Assembly: GCF_036321535.1 (NCBI RefSeq) | Contig: NC_087437.1 | Span: 66,900,001-66,964,000, forward strand | Direction: 5' to 3' | DNA length: 64,000 bases | Origin: Camelus dromedarius | Taxonomy: Eukaryota | In this document: positions 1 through 10,466 of the stretch, piece by piece | Position numbering within the stretch: the stretch's first letter is position 1 | Layout of the letters: each line of letters begins with the position of its first letter | Translations under genes and position numbers: made by a program | The notes under the pieces: model-generated | The model's input: only the letters and a program-made list of their open reading frames with translations | Database searches by the model: none | Told to the model about the DNA's origin: nothing

Positions 1-560
1 GGGTCGGTGGAGCCCCGCCAGCGAAGGAACACGCAGACCCGCCCCCAGGGTCCGGCCGAAGCGACTCCCGGGACGGGTGGGGGGCGGAGCCGGCGCGCAG
101 GGGCCTCCTCCTGGGCGGCGTGGGGCGGTCCCCGCGGCTGCTTCTCGCCGCCTTCCCTTTCTCCGCGCGATGATCGTCGCGGTCGCGTCTGGGGTGAGTT
201 CGCCGGGCCTTCGCTCTGCCCGCGCCCGGGACGCGCAATTCCGCGCAGAGGGAGGCGGCGGGCACCGTGTGGTATCGCCGGGCGGCGGGCCGGGTCGGTC
301 ACGGGCCGGGGCTGGACGCTCGCGGGCCGCGCCTCGGAGGGCCGTCCTACCTCAGCCGGGGCGGGGGCCGGGCAGGGGGCCTGCGGAGGCCGGGGCTCAG
401 GTGCGGGCGCTACCGCGGCGCTCCCTACGCTGCTGGAGGGGTAGCCAGGCGACATGCTGCCAGGTAGGGATCCAGGAGTTACCCGCCGAGGCCCCTCGTC
501 GCGGTTCGGGGGTCGCCACCAGCATCTCGCTCCCCGCCAGGCTCATCAGAGTGGAGAAAG
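1..560 (+). promoter_or_regulatory. B4GALT4: CpG island / B4GALT4 promoter and non-coding first exon region
   Basis: Very GC- and CpG-rich, with GC boxes (GGGGCGG near 80 and 358). Candidate donor GGG|GTGAGT at 194. Lies about 10 kb upstream of the B4GALT4 start codon. Confidence 0.85.
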
Positions 561-1315
561 CCCCTTCCTCCTTGGAGTCCTCTTTCCCCAGGGCTTCTAC
601 TAGGAAACTGATCTGCTGATCCCAGCCTGGGGCCTGCAGGGGACGACGAGTTGTGAGGGCCAGCTGGATTTTAAAGTACCTCAGAGATTCTGGCCCTTAG
701 TCAGGCTCTGCGTACATCTGGTGTCTGTCGATCTATATCTGTTGGTGTTTGATCTTCCACTAGATAAGGTCTAACTCTAGGTTTGAAAACCCCAGAAAAG
801 TCCAAGATAATTGGGACTGAGAAAAGGCCTTTGGGTTGGTTGTCTCAGGAGAGCAAGTTATCAACAGGGTGGGCGTGTGCCAGGTTGCAAAGTGTTCAAG
901 AGGACGTGAGGGCGGCCACGGCACAGGGAGACCTCGCCAGCCGTTTGGCGATGAAAGGCAGGAGGACGAAGACAGTGGTTTGAGGATTTGAGGGTGTTTA
1001 AAAATTTTTTTTTCTAAAAATTTTTAAATGTCTTTCAAGAAAAGGAAATAACATTGAGGATGCAGGAAAGTCAAGGAATCTTGGATAGGGATGAATAAGA
1101 TTCAGGGTCCAGGCTGAGAAAGTGGACTTAAAAACAGGGGTGAAGGGCTAGCTATCCTAGGCTCCTGGGCTGGGCACGTGGGCTAGAGTCCTGGCATGTA
1201 TCTCTAAAATAATGCTTAATCTGACCACAGTTTATCTTTTAGGAATTTTATCTTCTAGAGCAGGATTGGCCTCTAAACCCCATGAAATTGAAAATGTTTA
1301 TGTGCTTGTTTGTGT

Positions 1316-1795
1316 TGTAAGGGAGAAAAACCTTTTCCTTTTCCCCTTTCTAGATTTTTTGGCTGATCTAATAATTAAATTGAATGGACATAAAACGGAT
1401 TAACAGGAGAAAAACAAATTTACTTTAATACCTATGGGATCTTATAAAAATATGAGGCTCAAAGAATAACCAAAGCAGGCAGCTTTTATATCTTTTAGAC
1501 AAGGAAACAGTAAGTGTGTGAAGAATTGATAAGGCAAGGAAGTTTGGGCTTGGGGTAGTGAATTAATGAGGAAGTAATAAGGTTTATTATACAGCCTTCT
1601 CCATCTTGAATTCCTATCTCTTGTGATAAGGATGTCTTCCTGTACAGAGAGGGTCCCTTTCACATGGGAGATTTATTTCCTGCTTTCACGGGGACAAAAG
1701 GATGAAAATGTCCTTCTTTCACTGGCTATTTCTTAAGTAACTTTAATTCAAAATAATTGATATACTGATATAGTGGCATATTTTGCTTCCCTTCA
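1316..1795 (-). mobile_element. Solo LTR, ERV1-like
   Basis: TG...CA termini and an exact 4-bp TSD GTGT (1312-1315 / 1796-1799). Minus strand starts TGAAGGGAAGCAAAATATGCCAC and carries TATAAAA and ATTAAA/AGTAAA in U3-R-U5 order. Confidence 0.8.
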
Positions 1796-1942
1796 GTGTA
1801 CCTTTTTGAGAAGATTCATGCTTTGATCAGACTTTTGATCTGTTAAAGAGAGGTACTGAACTGTTTGACTACATAATTTTGGAGAAGGCAATAAAACTCA
1901 CTCTCTCAGTATATTTTATGTGCCACTTGATATATCTTTATA

Positions 1943-2116
1943 TCCTTGTCTAAAAGATATAAAAGCTGCCTGCTTTGGTTATTCTTTGAGCCTCATATTT
2001 TTATAAGATCCCATAGGTATTAAAGTAAATTTGTTTTTCTCCTGTTAATCTGTTTTATGTCCATTCAATTTAATTATTAGATCAGCCAAAAAATCTAGAA
2101 AGGGGAAAAGGAAAAG
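1943..2116 (+). repeat. Inverted duplicate of 1332-1505 (174 bp, 1 mismatch)
   Basis: Direct reverse-complement comparison. The only mismatch is 1397 versus 2051. Confidence 0.95.
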
Positions 2117-3167
2117 TATTTAGTACTTACTTTAAACTGAGCTAATAATAATGTGTTTTTTCCAGAGATGCATACAAGACTTGAGAGCTGACCATTTCTT
2201 TGAAGATCTTTAAAGTGGAAACATTCAAAGAAAGTCAGTGGTGGTTTTCTTTCCTTTCTTTCTTTCTTTTTTTTTTTTAAGCCATTAATGAACAGTGGTT
2301 TCCACAAACCTACCTAGCTTCCTGTTGAAAACATTGATTCCTTGGCCCCACCCCCAAGCCTTGGAAATAAAAATCTCTGAAGATGGAGCCTAGGAATTAG
2401 AATTTCAAACAGAGACCACACAGTTCTCTGGCACTGAAAGTTATTGACAGCCTCCGAGGTTTTTCTTTGAGATTTGAACTCATTGAGGCCTTTTCAGAAC
2501 AGATTTCCTTAAAAAATTGTGTGAATGAATTGCTACTAAAATGATAATCTCTGTCTACTGTGTCATCTCTAGGTTTTAATATATTTTAAAGGAAAACTAT
2601 AATATATTTTAAAGGAAAACATTTTATCAGAAAAAACATTGTTTCTGATCATAAAACCCTATTTTAGAAAAATTGAAAGATTGAGAACAAAATTTATAGT
2701 TTAGAGACAACCACCAGTGGTTCTTGCATTTTATATGTGAAAGGTATGCATACCACACATATATAGCATAATTTGGGTTGTATTCTGTGTACCTTTTTAC
2801 ATTATGTGTTGTTTTTTTTTTTCACTTAGCTATCGTGAGCACTTTCTCATGCAGTTAAGTTTTTAAACACCATTAAGGAAAGCATGTGTTCCCTCGTATG
2901 TAGGTACTGTAACTAATTAAATCAGCTCCTGTTGTTAACATTTTGATTGTTTTCAGTTTTTGGTTATTTTAGTAATGTTAGTTTGAATATCATAGTCTAC
3001 CTGTCTGATTATTTATTAGAATAAATTTCTAAATGTTGAAGTTGGAAGCTATTCAAATGCATTTAAAAAATCTCCTTTTCATATATTTTCTTACTCCCTA
3101 TTCTTCACCAGAAGGAAGATGAACTTTTCTGAAGGAGCTATTGTATTACGGGTCCATTCTCTTATTT

Positions 3168-3350
3168 CAGTGGTTCTCAAACTTTAATGTGTATAAGAAT
3201 CACCTGGGGAGCTTGTTAAAAATTCATTTTCCTGAGCCTCAGGCCCCAGCTGTTCTGACCCATTAGCTCTGGAGTAGGGCCCAGGAATCTACAATTTTAA
3301 CAAATTTTCCTTTGTATATATTATAGGCACTCTTGGAACCACATTTTGAA
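3168..3350. mobile_element. MER5A-like hAT-Charlie MITE
   Basis: CAGTGGTTCTCAAACTT...AGAATCACCTGGGGAGCTTGTTAAAA...GGCCCAGGAATCT matches the recalled MER5A consensus. Confidence 0.7.
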
Positions 3351-3482
3351 AAATGTTTTTTAAATAAATGGCAAAACAGACTCAAATTAGGTCACTTGCC
3401 CAAAGCCATTCATGCATCTGGTAACCAGATTTGAACTCAGCTCTTTGTGACTTCAGAGCCCTTGTTTTTTCCATTCCCTCAG

Positions 3483-3578
3483 ACCTTCTGAAACCTCCTC
3501 TTTGGTATGCCCCTAATGACTGCAGAAGGCAACTCCAGCTGACCCCACTGCAGGACTCCGGGATAGCTGAGAATGTAC
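3483..3578 (+). other. B4GALT4: Candidate non-coding 5'UTR exon of B4GALT4
   Basis: Pyrimidine tract and CAG acceptor (ttttttccattccctcag) followed by a consensus donor TAC|GTAAGT at 3579. Confidence 0.45.
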
Positions 3579-4289
3579 GTAAGTACACAGCGAGCCTCCG
3601 TGAAACTCCTGCTTCAGAAACTCATGAATTCTATTAACGCTGCATAACATAGAGGATGTAAAACAATTTCAGTCCTTTGCTAGTTAAATTTATTTCATGT
3701 TTCCTGACCGTTTCATGCCAACTCTTGTGAAATCGTTGATGCAGGACTATCAGGCCGCTCTTGCCCGAGGGCAGGGACGCGGCTCTGGTGTGCTCCGTGG
3801 TTTCCGGGAGGAAGGGGCAGGCGAAGCAGCGACTCCTCCCAGAGTCAGAAAAGAGAACCACTGCTTTTGAAAACTCAGTGGCAGAGGAGCGGAGGGTGGT
3901 GGGCATGACTCAGAGCGAGCGCTGTTTATCAGAGATGGGGCTCTGCCCTGAGACAAGTGTGGGTGTTAGTGAACCGACAGGAACTAGCAGGAGAGTGAGC
4001 CTTTCACAGTTTAAAAAATCTTCTCCAAATGGGATTTTACACCCACTTAATTTTTTCCCTTCTTTATTAGTCTTCTTTTTTCTTCTTTTTTCCTTTGTCA
4101 CATTTGTTTTAGTAGTAGCCTAGGATTATTGTGTGTCCTTAAGGATTTCAACTAGAAAGTCATTCATTATTTACCAAATATAACAGGTCAGTTTGAGGTA
4201 CTAGGAATACAAAAAACTGATTCTCTCTGAGAATTAAGTTAATTTGACTGCCATATATTGACTTGGGTTATACAGTCTTAAACTTTTTA

Positions 4290-5095
4290 TTTTAACTTTC
4301 ACTTTTTAATTAATTTTAGAATAGAGAAAAGTTGCACATACTGAACAGAGAATTCACTCAGCTTCCCCTAATTTTAGCCCTTTACATAACCATTGTTGGG
4401 TTATCAATACTATTAAGTAAACTATAGACTTTATTTGAATTTCATCATCTCTCCTGGTAATGAATTTTTTCTTTCCATATTCTATCGAGGATCCTACCTT
4501 GCATTTAGTTATTTCTCCTTAGTCTCTTCTAGTCTGAGATAGTTCCTCAGTTTTTTCTTGTTCTTCATTATTTTGACCCTTTTGAGGAGTCTTGATTAGT
4601 TGTTTTGTAGAATGAAGTTATTTTTTAGAAAAGTATCAATATAGTTATTTTTTAGAGTTCAATATGTCACTGATTCATGAAGTTCATAAGCCTTATCACT
4701 GGTGATATTAACCTTGATCACTTGGTTAAGTTGATATCTGCTAGGTTTCTTCACTATAAAGTTTCTGTCTTTCTCTGTAGCTATTAATTGTTTGGGGGGA
4801 GATACTTTAAGACTGTGAAAACTCTGTTTATCCTCAAATTTTTACCTACTAATTTTAGCACCCTTTGGTGGATCTTTTCTCAACAATTATTATAGTGGTG
4901 TTTACCTGCTGGTGACTTTTTCTCATCTCCTGCTTCCTTATTAACTGGAAGTTTATTGTGAGAAAGAGCTGCCCTTTCCCATTTATTTGGTCATTTATAT
5001 CAGTATGGATTTATGGATATTCATTTCATTCTATGGTTAAAATACAGTGCTGTCATTTTCTTGCTCAAATGTTTCCAGTTTCAGCCATTACAAGC
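4290..5095 (-). mobile_element. Old L1 (L1MB/L1MC-like) 3' fragment
   Basis: T-rich sequence with typical old L1 3'UTR motifs (ttatcactggtgatattaaccttgatcacttggttaag). Confidence 0.55.
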
Positions 5096-5174
5096 TTAGT
5101 CGGAGTTTAAATGACTGGTACATGTAAATGGCTGTCATCATTTCTATCCTATCCTTGCTCCTTGCCCTGGGAAC

Positions 5175-5619
5175 TGTTAACCTAAAACAATAAAACAGCC
5201 AGTTATTTTACAAGCAAAATGGGTTTATTCTGGAGCAGCAAAGAATTGCAGTTTGGAACATGCACCTATGGCAAACCACCTGCAAGTCCAATAAAGCAAA
5301 GGAAAGGAAACTCTTTTATAGAGGAGGAGGGGAGGTTGAGAGAGGCTATTAGAAACAAAATGTCCATTGGAGGAAACTGGGAGTTTGAAATATAGTGGCT
5401 TTTTATTGGCTGAGTTGTGACAGTGTGTCATAGGCTGAGGTGTTGCCAGGCAAGGAGAAAATCTTCCTCCTCCTGCTGGTAGTAGTAAAGTTGTGTCACT
5501 TCCTGCTGGAGTTGAAAGGTAGGTCTCTTCCTGTTAGGGTCCTTGTTGAAGTGATCTGTATCTCTCCTTCTGGCCTCTCAACTCCATTTTGGTGAGGATA
5601 CCCTTTATTAATTTTCACA
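5175..5619 (-). mobile_element. Solo LTR, ERV1-like
   Basis: TG...CA termini with near-matching 4-bp flanks GAAC / GAAG. The minus strand has CCAAT, TATAAAA and AATAAA in LTR order. Confidence 0.65.
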
Positions 5620-6751
5620 GAAGTATTGCTTCTTTAGGATCTGGGTAGTGATCACTCAGAAACCAGGTAAAGTAGCTAGAATTGGGAGAATGGATACTAG
5701 AGGTTCAAGGAGGGGGGACAACACATTTACAAATAGTCAGCTCTCAGGAACTCTGCCGGAGTGAAGGGGGGCAGCAAAATACCAGCCTTCCCATGGGTGC
5801 TGCCCCAGGGAGGCCCAAGGGAGTAGGACCAAGTGCCTGGGGCCACATCCTGCCCACTCTGAGACACCCTGGGGTTACCAGATGGATTGAGAGACTTTGG
5901 ACTGCTGAGTTAAGTGCTCCTTCCTACTGAATGAGGACCACGTCCTTTCTCCATGGTACTGAAGTGCTTAGTAAATATTAGTAGAGTGACACCTGGTGTC
6001 CTCTCTCAACCTCCCATGGTGATGTAGAAATGTGTGTGTGTAGAGATTCTCTGAGAATGATACTAGCATTCATGCTGATCTACCTATGCTAGGCTACCTT
6101 CTGTGCTAGACTTTTTTTTTTTTTTTTTTTTAAATGGAAACTTCAAGCATACCAAAGAGTAGGTAAGAAAAGAAAATGAACCCTCAGGTACCTGTCACCT
6201 TGCTTCACTACTTTTCAGTATTTTGCCAATCTTATTTCATCTATTCTCCCATTTTCAGGATTGGGGCTGGCATATTTGAAAACAAATTATAGACATTAAA
6301 ATCTAAGAAAGGATTGAAATAAAATCTGACTGCAGGGACTATACTTTAATTCCCTTTGTATCCTCTTGCTGCCTACCACTATGCCTGTACATAGCAGGTG
6401 CTCAGAAAGGACTGGTTGAATTTAAAGAGGAAAAACAAAATTACGAGAATATCATTGTTTTGAGCTAACTCTTGGGCAGACCTGGAAAGGAAAAGGGTGG
6501 TGAGTCGTGCTCTAAAATAACTTCTTTCACATTACCTGAATTTGTTCTCTTTAATCATGATTCCCCTGTCACCTCAAGACAGCCTTGATTGAAAAGAAAA
6601 CTCTTTTCAGGGAAAGTTCAGAGCCTCTCATTTATTTAAATGTCTTTATAAATAAATCCAATCTGATGCCATTTTCTCAAATATCAACCAGAGTTACCTG
6701 CTCTAAAAAGAACTTTCTTTAAAAAAATCATTAACTTTATTTTTTTTAATT

Positions 6752-6954
6752 TTATTTATTTATTTTATTTTTTATTTTATTTTTTTAGAGAGTAGATCTT
6801 TTTTTTAAAACATTTTTTATTGAGTTATAGTCATTTTACAATGTTGTGTCAAATTCCAGTGTAGAACACAATTTTTCAGTTATACATGAACATACATATA
6901 TTCTTTGTCACTTTTTTCGCTGTGAGCTACCACAAGATCTTGTATATATTTCCC
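6752..6954 (-). mobile_element. Young 5'-truncated L1 3' end
   Basis: 15-bp TSD TTATTTTTTTTAATT (6737-6751 / 6955-6969), A-rich tail, and high similarity to the L1 at 22694-23290. Confidence 0.75.
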
Positions 6955-7532
6955 TTATTTTTTTTAATTATAAAAGTAGTGTATACTCATTGAAAGATAA
7001 ATAGGAAATTACAGAGAAATAGAAAATAAAAATCATTCAATATGTATTTTATTACATAATTCTAGAGAGAGCATTATCTTGGTTAGCATTCTGATAAATT
7101 GGAGCATGAATCACATTGGTAATCAGAGTCAAAAAATATTTAGTATGTCCTTGGGAGTGAACCAGGTGTGTTTGCCTCATCTCATTAAATTCTTACAGAA
7201 ACATTGTAAGATAAGTTAATTTTTAAAATTGTTTTATAGCTGGGCAGACAAACGTGGTGAGAGGGTTTGCCTTTGATCACTTAGCTAATAAACAGGCTGG
7301 GCAGATCTCTCTTGACAAACAGTTGGGTGGGGTTCTAGCTACTTCATCCTGGGGTGTTTACTCACAGGAACCCTGGAGACCTCTCACTGGAACTTGCTTC
7401 ACGCTGGCTGCCTGCACAGTAAGTTTTGAGGAAAGCAGTAAAGTATAGGAAAAGGGGGAAGTGGTTAGTTTTAACTGGAGCCCACCCTGTCTGAAGAATC
7501 AAGGTTAGCCGTGAAGGGCTAATTAGTAAGTA

Positions 7533-7750
7533 CACTCAACCCTTGGACAACACAGGTTTGGACTGAGTGGGTCCGCCGAGATGCAGCTTTTTCAGTAAGT
7601 GCTGCAGTGCTACACGGTCAGGGGTTGGTTGACTCCAAGGTTGCAGAACCGCCAAAATGGAGGGCTGACTCTGGGGCTTGAGCATCCAAGGGTTTTGGCA
7701 TCTGAGGCGGGTCCTGGAACTAATTCCCCGCAGGCACTGAGGGATGACTA
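7533..7750. mobile_element. Tigger-family MITE (MER8-like)
   Basis: TA-flanked element with ends CACTCAACCCTTGGACAACACAGGTTTG ... GTCCTGGAACTAATTCCCCG..GAGGGATGACT. Confidence 0.6.
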
Positions 7751-10213
7751 TAATCATTAAGAACGGTTCCTTGCTTTTATTATAAGTTTCTTATCTTTGG
7801 ATAAATTCCATGGGCTGCAGTTCAGCAATATTAGTCCGTGATTGTTCCTAACTTGCTACTTGTTGGGTAGGTTTTAAAAGCTGTCTGAAACACACTTCCT
7901 CCCTCTTTAAAATGAGGGGGCTGGAATGTGTGTGGTTTCTGGTCCCTTTTGCTCTAACACTGCAGTACTTCTTTGATCAGAAGTCCCTTAAGCCAGTGAG
8001 TTTCTCTGTCAGGTCATTCATTCTTCTGTAAACAGCTCTTAGAAAGCAATGTTCCCAGTCTAAACTTTCCAAGATTGAGATTTTTATCAAAAACTATAGC
8101 CAATTCTAGCATTTAAGCCACCTGCAGCTAAGTCCATACAAGTGGTTTAGCCCCAGTGCATGGCACAGAGTAAATGCACAAATGAATCCCTCTTCTTATT
8201 AATGATTAATCTTCAGTTAGTTATTACTACCTGCTGCACTTACTTGTGATACCTTTAGAAGACCCTGAACACAGGCCATACTGTTTAATTGCTTCCTGGG
8301 TCAAACTCTTCTTTTGTCGTTTGACCCAGGAACCTAGCCTCTGTTTATGACATTGTGTCTAGAGAGGAATGCTTTCTGGGTTTCCCTCAGGCTCACCTCA
8401 AGCTCCACTTTTGGACTACCAACCTTACATAAGTATGAGGCTATCTTGAGAGTTGCTGAGGTTGTTTTGTTTTTCACAGTAAAGTACCACATCCCCACAT
8501 CTCATTTGAAAAATCAACAACTCTGTTTTTATTACAAAAGCACCTAAGTATATCATACAGAATTCCAAAAATGAAAGAAAAGAGAAAAAACACCCCTGGC
8601 TAATCCCATACTCCTAATACAATTATTGCTAGCTTTCAGCTATATTTTATTTCTAGAGTTTTCTTATTTCTATAGTTTTGCACATACAGAGTTTATTTTC
8701 TGTTTTTCTCTTTGTTACTTAAGATTTAGTTGTATGTGTTTTTGTGTTATTTTGGCACAGAAAATAGTTTGGTCTCCATTCTGTCCGTTTAATTGAGAAT
8801 ATGTTTGGCTGTGGAGATTATCAGTGTCCTGGCGTTAGCATTTTCCACAGTCTTCTAATAATGCATTTAGAATTTGAGGAGAGACATGGTTTTGGTGGTG
8901 CAGAGAGGATGTGGGGCCTCACCAAGTAGACTTTGTCACCTTAGGACATTTACCATGGTCCAGGGAGGGCCCTCAGCTGTGTGGCCTCAGAAACTGGGAT
9001 TTTGTTTCACTGAATTTTAGCTGAGAGCATAGCCACCTCTCTGAGGTGAATCCGTGCTCTCTCACTACGTGCTGTTGACGTATGAAGTCAGAATGGCAGT
9101 TCATCCCCTGACAGGAATACAGAGCAGTGGTCCTGGCAGCCCCCAGTGTGTCTGCCTGGTGGTCACCCCTGGACCAGAGTCATTCAGTGTGAAATAACAT
9201 GACAGTCACAGCAGTGACGGTCAGCCCTTAGTGGGCACTAACTGTGCATTAGCAGGTGGCTAACACTTTATGTATTAGTGTATTAGGTCCTCCAGTCCCA
9301 CAGTGTCCTCTCTAGGAAGGTACTGTTTTTATCCCCACTTCACGATGAGTCCAAGGCTCAGTGAAGTGACTGGCTGGGGTTTCGTAGCTGATGTGTGGTG
9401 GAGCTGTAGTTTCTGTCTAAACCCAAACCCCAGATCTTAAACCCTGTGCAGTAGTTCTACCCGTTACTGTCGCAGCTGTGCCACCTCCTGCGTGGGCATT
9501 CTCTTGTGTTCTTGCCCGCTCCCTCACCTGTTGGGATGTGCCCTGTGCCTCTGCCTCATTGTGAATATAAAGTTTATAACTGAAAAATCCTTTGTTTTTC
9601 ATTTGCTGCTGTAAAGGAAAATGTTTTTCTAGCTCTTCCAAAAAAAGCTTTGTCTTTTCCCTTATTTTCTCTTTGGGTCAAAACATGCTCTGGAACAAGA
9701 TTTCACACGTTGTTACCTTCTCTTAAAGCTGTGCCAGGAAGTGGCAACTAAGGAAGCGAACCATCAGGGCTGAATTTGAGGCTGTGCCAGTTCAGAGCTG
9801 GGGAGGCATTGCCTGTCTCTTCTTTGCCTTCTCCTCCTCTGCAACATCCGGAAATGGCTTTTCTTCTGGGTTGACTGACAGCTGGGTTAATAGCCCGGAG
9901 AGAGTGGTTGGGACTGTCTACCTCCAAAATTTCTGAATCTTTGTTGGAGAACTCTTATTACTGTAAGTCAGGATTGGCTGGGGATGGGTTTTCAGTTTGT
10001 GCTGATGTGAATCATTTCAGGCTAGGATTTCCATTTGAAATAGCATGTCTCTGTGGTTGCATTTTAGAGATCGTTGGAGCAGAACTACCGAGCAAGAGCA
10101 GGCATTGCACTGTCCCTGGTCATCAGGTTTGCAGTTGGACTGGAAAAGCTGAACTTGAAGCTTCCTGCCTGCAGCAAGACCGAGACACACCCACTGCTCA
10201 GATAATAAAAGAC

Positions 10214-10466
10214 ATGAGCTTCAACGTGACTTTCCACCTTTCCTACAAATCCCAATTCCTGTTGTTTTTCACCTTATGCCTGACAGTGGTTGGGTGGGCC
10301 ACCAGTTACTACTTTGTGGGTGCTATTCAAAAGATCTCCAAAGCAAAGGATCTCCTGGCTAATTTCAACAAGGGCAACGTTTCGGGGAAGAAAGGAACTG
10401 TGACGGATGAAGCGTCTGTGAAAAAAGCAGACCTTGACAGCTGCCCTTCTGTGTCTCCATACCTCA
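10214..10466 (+). CDS. B4GALT4: Beta-1,4-galactosyltransferase 4, coding exon 1 (cytoplasmic tail, TM, stem)
   Basis: MSFNVTFHLSYK...TLCLTVVGWATS...CPSVSPYL. Donor GTAAGT at 10467, 253 coding nt. Probable acceptor of the exon at 10068. Confidence 0.96.

Noticed and set aside
7..619. 145-aa and 180-aa ORFs
   Set aside because: They start at GTG, are low-complexity and R/G/A/P-rich, and are expected from stop-codon depletion in a CpG island.
2578..2620. 20-bp direct repeat AATATATTTTAAAGGAAAAC
   Set aside because: A simple two-copy slippage duplication, not an array.
9908..10213. Apparent N-terminal extension of B4GALT4 in the 189-aa ORF
   Set aside because: It starts at TTG in probable intron and crosses the likely acceptor at 10068. 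The recognisable protein begins at ATG 10214.
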